Position numbers and translations under genes: made by a program. A stretch of DNA of 64,000 nt, taken from an uncultured virus (IMG/VR IMGVR_UViG_3300042673_000573) (Duplodnaviria > Heunggongvirae > Uroviricota > Caudoviricetes). The stretch is taken from IMG/VR virus record IMGVR_UViG_3300042673_000573; one strand, 5' to 3'. Below, piece by piece: positions 58,501-64,000 of the stretch (positions within the stretch are counted from its first letter, which is position 1; every line of letters begins with the position of its first letter). Below the pieces are notes generated by a model. It was not told the DNA's origin and made no database searches. It saw nothing but the letters and a program-made list of their open reading frames with translations.

Positions 58501-61500
58501 TCGGTTAAATAGTTGTTTACTGCACCTAAATCACCAAAAGCGTAACCCTTATTCCATTTCTCTGCAGCCCTTGCAATTGAACTTTGTCCCTTTTCTGCTT
58601 TTCCTGGTTCTACGTGTGCTGCTTCTATTTGAACAAGTCTTGCTATTTTTCCAGAATCTAAGTTTGGATACTTCTCTTGCATATAAGCCTTTAACTTAGA
58701 AACTTCTCCTTGTGCTCCAAGGGCTTTGTTCTTTGCCTCTGTCTCTGCTAATACTGCCTTATACTCTTTGTACCCTTCAATATTATTAGACTTGAATCCA
58801 CCAGCAGCCTTTGTTGGTCCACCAATTGTTAAACGCTCTTTTAGTTTGCTCCAATTAGCAAACGATCTGTCTGATACTCTTTTACCCTTTTGAGAATCAA
58901 CATCAAAAAGATATCTCATGCTTTGCTTTAGATGATCAGCAGTTGCGCCCTTTTCTCCTTTACGGCCAGTAAAGATTAGTCCATCTGGGCCTTGAACTGT
59001 TTGGGCTGCCAGGTTCTTAAGAAATAGGGGTTTCTTTTTTCTCCAGGCTTCTCTTGTTTTTTCTGTAATTTCTGGGCCACGAACAACGTCGTCCATATAT
59101 CTTTCAAGGTCAACTACGTGTGGAGGCATAGCCTTTGCTTGTGTTGGGCCATCTGGAATAACTCCAGCCATGTGACCACTTACCCAGAAATCTTGATTAG
59201 CGTGTCCAGCCTGTCTTTGCTTTAACTGTTGCTCTTCAAACTTTTTAATAATCTCTGCTGCTGTTGCTTGTTTTGGTGTTGAAGGTTTGACTGCAGAATG
59301 AACTGCATGATATTGCGACCAGTCAACCTTAAGACCTTGTTCAAGTCTTTTAATCATTCCATTGTAGACAACTTTTTCGTCTTTATTTAATCCGAACCCC
59401 TTTACAGTTTGTCTTAGTTTTGGAAGAACTGTTTCAATCTCTGTTCGCATTGCAGTGTTATATTCTGCTGCGGACATACCCTTTGGAATTGGTAATGTTG
59501 ATTCAGCAAAGAACCTTCTTGCCCCACCCTTTTCTCCCAACAGATTAATATTGGCCATCTTTTCCATTGAAAGCATATCTTTTGGTTTTGCATAATCTCT
59601 TCCAAGTTTCTGGGTGGCTGCCTGAAATACTCCCATGGTGCCAGCATCTGCAAGTTTATTTCCAGATAGATTACCTCCATGAAGGTCTCTATCTCCTCTT
59701 AGATTTGCTGCTACTAACTGTCTAAAATATTCTTCCTTGCTAAACTTGCCACCCATATTCTTTTCAGCAAATTTAGCATCAAATGGGGATTCAAGAACAA
59801 TAATTTTTCTTTTTCCAGAAGGATCTAAGGGATCACGCATTGTTCTAATTGTTTGCATTGGTGCATCAAGGCCGTGTGCCTGTCTTGCTATCACCGTTGC
59901 TCTTTGTTCTGCAAGAGCAGCCTTTTCGTCTACCATTGGCTTTACAAATACTTTATCTCCATTTGGCTTTTGATACATACCGCCAATACCAGGAACTGGG
60001 AAACTTCTTCCAGATGAGTCTGCAATTTTTCTACCAAAGTCAGTTGGGGCCATTGATCCAAATCTACTATTTTTTGCTGCTTCTGCAACTTGCTTTAGTG
60101 TTAACTCTTGCTGCATTCTCTTTGTTACTGCATCAAAAGACTTTGGCATTCCTAAAAATAGTGGTTGAGAAGAAGATTGAGATTTTCTATATGCATCAAT
60201 TTGTGGTTTAATCCAAGGATACTTGTCCAAGTTTCTTTGACGTTGTTCAGCACGTCTTGCATCTTGTGCTTTTCTAATTGATTCTAATTGAGGAGAAAGC
60301 GTTCTTGATACCTGTGCTCCCTTTGCTGCTGGCAACTTTCCAGCCATATGTCCTGGAACACTATCGGTAAATATTGCCTTAAGAAGTCCATGATGCTTTT
60401 CAGTTAACTTTGCTGGAATAACTGCTTCACCTGGAGCAAGCATTGCTGGTTGAATATCTCCAGCACCCTTTGGTCCTGGAACTGTTAGAACTCCGTCTTT
60501 ATACTTTTTTACTTTTAGTCCAGCCTTGGCTGCCGTTGCTCCTGCTTTACCACCTGTAAATAGCCCAGGGCTTGATGCTGCAAGAGTTCTTGCTTGAGAT
60601 GCTGCTGTCTGATAAGCCCTTCCAAGTGCTTCTACGGATGCTCTTTCTACTCCAAATACCTGAATAAGTTTTTGATGAGCACCGTGAAGTGCATTAGACT
60701 GTACTGTATTTTCAAGTTGATCTTGAGTTAAATAGTCAAACCCTGAACCAAGTAACTTAGTCTGCCCATTTAGTTTAGCAATTCCACCACGAAGCATTGC
60801 AAAGAATTTGATTACGTTTGCAACACCGTTAGCAAGCAAACCAAATGTCATAAGAACTACTGGTCCTATTCCGCCAAGTACTGCAAGCATAATGGTTACA
60901 AACTTCTTTGTTCCATCACTAAGATTATTGAACTTCTCCATTAACCCGCCAAAGAATTTAACTACTGGAGTAAGGGCTTCTAGGAATGCCTTTCCTAAAG
61001 GCATTATTTCTACTTTAAACTTTTCAATTGCTGCCTGGAATTTTACTCCGACTGCATCTTCAACTTTTCCTAATTCTCGCTCAGATAGGATTGCAAGATC
61101 TTGAACAGATGCTCCAGCAAGTGCTAATGTTCTACTTGCTTGAGATCCATCTGCTGTTATATTCTGAAATAAAGTTGATAGACGAGCAAACTGGAACTTA
61201 CCGAACATCTGCTCAATTGCTCTTGCACGGTTAAGTGGATCAAGAGTATCAAGTGCTTGTGCAAAACCAATAACAGTATTCTTTAGATTTCCAGCATTCT
61301 GTTCAACAATTCCTTGTACGTTAATACCCATACCAGCAAGCATTGCTGATGCTTTCTTGGTTGGGTTAATTAATGCTGCAAGACCAGACTTTAGTGCGTT
61401 GGCACCTTCTGATGCATTAATTCCGCCTTCCTTCATTGCTGTAAGGAAGAATGCAAGATCTTCTACAGAACCACCAAGTTGCTTAACAACTGGTGCTGCT

Positions 61501-62555
61501 TTAGGAATAGCAATTGTTAAATCTTCAATAGAAAGGACTGTCTGGTTTTCTACTGCGTTAAGGAAATCAATTTTCTTTGCAAGGTCTTCTGCTGCGATGC
61601 CAAAAGAGTTAGTCAATGATATTGTTGTTTCAAGTGCTTGCTGTTGATCAACTTGACCAAGAACTGCTAACTTAGTTGCTGTCTTTACTTGCTCTTCAAG
61701 TGCCCTGCCAGAAAAACCTGCAGCAGCAGCCTTGGCTGCCATTGCCATTGTGTCTTTTACTGATAGACCAAACTTTGTGTACTCAACACCAATTCGTTTA
61801 ATATTTTCAACTGCTGTATTTGCCTCTGCGTCAGAGGTCATCATGTTTCCATAAACACGTCTAAAGTTAACTGTTTCTTTTTCTAGTTCTCTAAAAGCCT
61901 TCGATGCTGCACCCATAAACATCATTAATGGTATTGTCAAACCAACCATTAACTGACGACCAGCCCACTGCATATTCTTACCGTAATTTAGAAGGCTAGT
62001 AGAGCCTTGCTTTAATAATTGATTAAGAAGTTGCTGTCTCTGTGCTGCGTATTGTATGCGTGTACCAAGTTCTGTAAACTTACCATTAGTCATTGCAAGG
62101 GTTCTTGGCATTACCCTGATCGCATCGACAAGCCCTCCGTTAGCCTTTGCCAACTGAATATACTGAGACTGAATTGCCTTTACTCTGTCACGTCTTGCAC
62201 GGTTAAAGATTTCACGCTCTGCTGCAAAAGCACGACTAAAAACCTTAGTGTTGGCAGTTGCAGCAGCAGCGGAATATCTGAAGTATTGCTTAAGGCTTAA
62301 CTGGTTTTTTTCTAGTGCAGAGGTGAAAGCATGTGTACTAGTTTGCGCCCTAATCTGACTTGCAGAAAACTGCCCAGTCGCATTTATAGACTGAAGCATT
62401 GCAGCATTTAAACCCTTTTGGGCATTTGCTGCTGCAACGTTACCTTGTGCTAGGGATTGATGAAATTTACTAAGTGCTCCTTGGAGTCTACGCAACTCTG
62501 CCAGCGCACCAGCGGTGTCAAAATGTATACCTATGTTAGCATTTACATCAGACAC
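52530..62555 (-). CDS. tape measure protein with internal enzymatic cargo
   Basis: 3341 aa, Ala/Lys-rich helical; TP901-like core (EGANALKSGL); TM segments; PAMLxPGExV motifs; canonical position. Confidence 0.92.
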   Translation of the reverse strand: MSDVNANIGIHFDTAGALAELRRLQGALSKFHQSLAQGNVAAANAQKGLNAAMLQSINATGQFSASQIRAQTSTHAFTSALEKNQLSLKQYFRYSAAAATANTKVFSRAFAAEREIFNRARRDRVKAIQSQYIQLAKANGGLVDAIRVMPRTLAMTNGKFTELGTRIQYAAQRQQLLNQLLKQGSTSLLNYGKNMQWAGRQLMVGLTIPLMMFMGAASKAFRELEKETVNFRRVYGNMMTSDAEANTAVENIKRIGVEYTKFGLSVKDTMAMAAKAAAAGFSGRALEEQVKTATKLAVLGQVDQQQALETTISLTNSFGIAAEDLAKKIDFLNAVENQTVLSIEDLTIAIPKAAPVVKQLGGSVEDLAFFLTAMKEGGINASEGANALKSGLAALINPTKKASAMLAGMGINVQGIVEQNAGNLKNTVIGFAQALDTLDPLNRARAIEQMFGKFQFARLSTLFQNITADGSQASRTLALAGASVQDLAILSERELGKVEDAVGVKFQAAIEKFKVEIMPLGKAFLEALTPVVKFFGGLMEKFNNLSDGTKKFVTIMLAVLGGIGPVVLMTFGLLANGVANVIKFFAMLRGGIAKLNGQTKLLGSGFDYLTQDQLENTVQSNALHGAHQKLIQVFGVERASVEALGRAYQTAASQARTLAASSPGLFTGGKAGATAAKAGLKVKKYKDGVLTVPGPKGAGDIQPAMLAPGEAVIPAKLTEKHHGLLKAIFTDSVPGHMAGKLPAAKGAQVSRTLSPQLESIRKAQDARRAEQRQRNLDKYPWIKPQIDAYRKSQSSSQPLFLGMPKSFDAVTKRMQQELTLKQVAEAAKNSRFGSMAPTDFGRKIADSSGRSFPVPGIGGMYQKPNGDKVFVKPMVDEKAALAEQRATVIARQAHGLDAPMQTIRTMRDPLDPSGKRKIIVLESPFDAKFAEKNMGGKFSKEEYFRQLVAANLRGDRDLHGGNLSGNKLADAGTMGVFQAATQKLGRDYAKPKDMLSMEKMANINLLGEKGGARRFFAESTLPIPKGMSAAEYNTAMRTEIETVLPKLRQTVKGFGLNKDEKVVYNGMIKRLEQGLKVDWSQYHAVHSAVKPSTPKQATAAEIIKKFEEQQLKQRQAGHANQDFWVSGHMAGVIPDGPTQAKAMPPHVVDLERYMDDVVRGPEITEKTREAWRKKKPLFLKNLAAQTVQGPDGLIFTGRKGEKGATADHLKQSMRYLFDVDSQKGKRVSDRSFANWSKLKERLTIGGPTKAAGGFKSNNIEGYKEYKAVLAETEAKNKALGAQGEVSKLKAYMQEKYPNLDSGKIARLVQIEAAHVEPGKAEKGQSSIARAAEKWNKGYAFGDLGAVNNYLTEKRTSNLIAWDKKNGNLLGTKNGEYNAAAKFLASGRHPITAQEAMLVSKAAELELKAHALLETKKAPPGLSGMINPETKYAAEAAKFIIDERTGKGKTFYDDIKKYKQLIDLRLNKRTGEFILATPGEGLRDNKTGKIKEIKATSGKAKTGKVKRVGGTADDTRVINQPAGTSVVAKKDMPRQTMRAKAKGDTWIEKRVALQKAGATEAQLAQALRDHEKLQEKARAASLKAAQDKAAAEAKAARTAEIRANEEKNRADRERRAELTKQREEEAAARKQKAENKQTRKLNLAARQEKVGKIAGPAAGAIGAVAMGAMMGGADAKVTTGLFAASAVAGMLPMLMNPWIAAGVALTAVIGAIWLYRKAMDNARKEGVALGNSMSMTTDKLIEISKITKTVSATESANKRRADMASGVDAETRKSGQTYLTSGPGKALLEDINVQAKTGASQTDIGKNIALQLGTAISQGVLSMDQARSIASALGEQLGSYEIPAVITGELSELLGPNGQDLLNNPLQIIAEIQARTVKGATDALEKTGDTSRGELWGKQPGKDAGSLLKTGAVAGGVGLGIGIAGGAAAATAATAGTASVLAATAATNFWNPVGWAAAVATIAVGAKLLWDWNKAGQEKAKLDSAAVQMAISAVESGNNAVDALNKQYDIKLAMAKTDAERAQIEKDRARDLGLLTAQNKADLDSLVAAKANVGGDAFNDAIKLSVGERYKDSSSAMKTFADNSVTRLEGMKDSSFKTVLQLDLAAGSIDPLVAIRLADLAESGGTFVADFELLVAATGSTAEANVVMQMLMKGGATDNTIQTTVAYISHPDNKVNIKENTEAINILSNMKAKYGTTVDINVDGINKIKKVAAFKKVLDGFKTKDGKAKSILTKIEVQDAAKAGDPTMQAILANWNMLVGADGKQITTSMMMDFVASGDSNVIDAYMAAKGIARLTGDRGVEQRAAIAKTGEAEAWNVGNSKAANKGPVIPGVTTPVEKAERAATPIDDLMTRLKNVRLAAIDAEGGIKALFKAVSGGQIGNKFNGIQQQLMGMKSGKPTQATDPTKGYNGQFIDWFTGLDKTEQAKYGKVATKKVKSGKNKGRVLDPNDPKGKKFLAKGAKVGDLALNTKGKEVAAGFDKAIIGDFNVAQIQTIRNFDQQSIVMKKLAGLGMTNTQIQRVLSDEAYTTAIATGKITDEELRINNALAVQADTRDKINNIVSQGARARQENADMARRQELQAFLASSGLSRGISEGAMTDALGDPEQLSTLLAAMDAVKNKTAGANASLQDVVDSLNEIKKNSDIKVNITKTVSEIIMGGASAAQEALGIKSRLRSRMTGSELAGYVSEKGTRPDGTTYGGVNVGAKAVANVASRMIDPTTKKAYTPEALTSLLGNKTQASVGKERSLVASQMNVANANMAQIQTKFDNISKSMNDAVDAVNADYDAREKAVQDKINKLQSDADTAISAKEDKIKKDFDDPIKKYQDKSNVLSHDLSLIDKAAEDINKKYDLQAEALQNVLSINERISREQQQQLGLADALSSGDISAAAAAVQDIRSANAGDFGNAQMDGLNQSRENDVNALTNKDGKTRTQILEEQYIISEQIYALENNPERVLLEQQIADIKTKLESDLKAAKAEQDALEPARQAAIAAAKAATEAQLKAVQAEMDAQQAIVTALAEQDASLATQEAALIAINAELDDVETFAGLTADDWERIALAAEATSEAMEKRMKDAIAAVAESTAKGAKSMADILRDINLLPSSKTIEIFTKEYKTVYVNTVATTTTVTAPTTTTTTNPTVCTAPLVSDGKGNCVKPEKPAGDYGWDNAKGWVKGGPGSANDWDFSDNSSGTEKNARDAAIAETARRIKEEAEAKAAAEALALLKAKEAAELKADRFATDFGWYGLAKGGIVPKYMSVGGFAKGTDTVPAMLTPGEFVMSKYAVDSYGVDRMKAINNGDSIGDSVYNYSINVNVKSDSNPDEIAKTVIAQIKGIDAQKIRGNRL

Positions 62556-62584
62556 TATTCATAACACCCCTTTTCATTTTTTGT

Positions 62585-62908
62585 CTATCGAATTGAATTT
62601 ACAATATTTGCTGTATCACCAAGATTGATTCCTGCTGCTACTTCAATAATTTTATATACCGTTGGAAGATCTAAGATTTCTTCTAGGTTTTCTCTATCTT
62701 CTGCGATATCTGCCTTGTACTGCTTTAGGGCAATCTGTACGCAATCAACTAATACATCCATTGACTTTTCGTTATCATCTGCCACTGTCGCCAATTCTCC
62801 AAAGCGCTTCATGAAAGGCTTAAGAAGAGACAGTTTAAGTGGTCTTACTTCAATCGTTGTTCCATCAAGAAATGATATTTCATTTTTCTCTTGAGTCTTT
62901 GCTGCCAT
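62585..62908 (-). CDS. tail assembly chaperone, short (G-like) form
   Basis: Directly upstream of the TMP; homologous to the N-half of 62965-63645. Confidence 0.75.
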   Translation of the reverse strand: MAAKTQEKNEISFLDGTTIEVRPLKLSLLKPFMKRFGELATVADDNEKSMDVLVDCVQIALKQYKADIAEDRENLEEILDLPTVYKIIEVAAGINLGDTANIVNSIR

Positions 62909-62964
62909 TGTATTTCCCCCTTGTGGTAGTAATTAATTATACCACGCTGAGAGCCTATTTTTAA

Positions 62965-63645
62965 CTAAATTGTTTCGTACTCTAGACCCATATTTATACC
63001 AAAACCAGCCTGCTTTGCCTTTATTCCTTGATAAGAAAGGATATCATTTGCATCTCTTGCTTCGCCTTTACCGAATACTCTTGACTTCATTTCTTCCCAT
63101 TCATCTTTTTTGCCAAGACTCTTATCTAAATCTACCCCTTGCATTGCTGCTAAAAACTTATTATGTCGATATTCCTGGTCTCTTTTTGCTGCCAAGGTAG
63201 CAGACAGTTCTGGCATTGACAAAGATAGTTCTAGTTCTTCGTAGTCTTTCCATATACCAAGAAGAAACACTTCTGATTCTAATGCTGCAAGATCTAAGCC
63301 TTCCCAAGATGTACCGCTTTCTTTTGCCTGCTCTACAACTGGCTCTTCTTCTTTTTCGTTTATTTTGATTCCAGCAGCAATCGCTAGTATTTCGTATACC
63401 GTTGGCATATCTAAATTATCTTGGATATCTTCTACACTATTAGATATTTGAGGATAGTATTGTTTCATAGATATTCTTACACACTCTGATAATGCTTCCA
63501 TACCTTCTTCATCATTTTTAGATTCCTTGACAACTTCAAAAGCAATCATAAACTCTCTTAAGTATTTTATTTTTAATGGAGAAACCTCAACAGGAGTATC
63601 ATCAATTAAATGAATAGTCAAAGAGTCGTATATTTTTGTTGTCAT
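62965..63645 (-). CDS. tail assembly chaperone, long (GT-like) form
   Basis: G-like N-half plus C-half (WKDYEELELSLSMPEL) in one ORF; leaderless start. Confidence 0.75.
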   Translation of the reverse strand: MTTKIYDSLTIHLIDDTPVEVSPLKIKYLREFMIAFEVVKESKNDEEGMEALSECVRISMKQYYPQISNSVEDIQDNLDMPTVYEILAIAAGIKINEKEEEPVVEQAKESGTSWEGLDLAALESEVFLLGIWKDYEELELSLSMPELSATLAAKRDQEYRHNKFLAAMQGVDLDKSLGKKDEWEEMKSRVFGKGEARDANDILSYQGIKAKQAGFGINMGLEYETI

Positions 63646-63658
63646 AAAACAAGTATAC

Positions 63659-63697
63659 CAAACAGAAAAGCCCAATCTCGAAAGACTGGGCTATCTG
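63659..63697 (-). terminator. intrinsic terminator after the major tail gene
   Basis: AGCCCAGTCT-TTCG-AGATTGGGCT-TTTCTGTTT on -. Confidence 0.85.
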
Positions 63698-63712
63698 CTT
63701 TATTAAGTTGTA

Positions 63713-64000
63713 TTATGCTAGATCTGTACGGTCTACGATCTTGCCGTATGAACCGTCATTGTTTGGTAGCAAACGGAATGAAACTTCAAACATTGAAGCC
63801 TCGTCACGCTTTGATGATACAGAAACATTCTCAATTGAGATTGCACGGTATGCTGAGTAAATACGCTCAACAGCCTTGTCTGCTCCACCATAACCTGAAC
63901 CTACTGCAATAAGACCACGCTCAACTGGGACATCGCCCAAGTCTCCTGCAGAAATATCAAGTGTAACCTTATCAAGATCTGAGTCATCTAGATCTGCGTC
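63713..64000 (-). CDS. major tail tube protein, 3' part
   Basis: Open to the window end; ...FEVSFRLLP..YGKIVDR; followed by terminator, chaperones and TMP. Confidence 0.75.
   Translation of the reverse strand, partial: DADLDDSDLDKVTLDISAGDLGDVPVERGLIAVGSGYGGADKAVERIYSAYRAISIENVSVSSKRDEASMFEVSFRLLPNNDGSYGKIVDRTDLA

Noticed and set aside
52723..62300. Many antisense and alternate-frame ORFs inside the TMP
   Set aside because: Expected from Ala-rich codon bias; no recognisable domains.
1..64000. Stop-codon reassignment
   Set aside because: Core genes are full length under the standard code; TAA, TAG and TGA all end genes; no suppressor tRNA seen.

Overview
A 64-kb segment of a large, AT-rich tailed dsDNA phage (siphovirus-type tail), most likely infecting freshwater Actinobacteria. 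Support: WhiB, leaderless genes, an actinobacterial-type PHO box, and DnaE/RecA/Cas4/TerL gene order that, from memory, resembles large Streptomyces phages. Left to right: (1) the end of a tRNA array (Ile-UAU, Asn, Gly-UCC, Arg-UCU). (2) About 25 kb of accessory genes dominated by tailoring enzymes: many 2OG-Fe(II) oxygenases, two Gnt1-like GlcNAc transferases, a sulfotransferase, an APS kinase-nucleotidyltransferase fusion, a carbamoyltransferase, three SGNH-like proteins and methyltransferases. Hsp20, PstS, WhiB, a trypsin-like protease, SNase, a CHAP endolysin and an HslV-like protease are also here. (3) Two secreted/surface proteins. (4) Terminase, RuvC, Cas4-like nuclease, resolvase, RecA, MazG, DnaE, SSB, primase and DnaB. 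(5) The tail module: minor tail proteins, a 3341-aa tape measure protein, two chaperones and a partial major tail protein. Most interesting candidates: a tape measure protein carrying a GHMAG-bracketed kinase domain and a possible HNH domain; tail chaperones G and GT encoded as duplicated genes instead of by frameshift; a possible hydroxyproline O-glycosylation and glycan-tailoring pathway; and a pseudoknotted ncRNA plus PHO-box pstS cassette bounded by direct repeats. All functional calls come from motif recognition by eye; no database searches were run.
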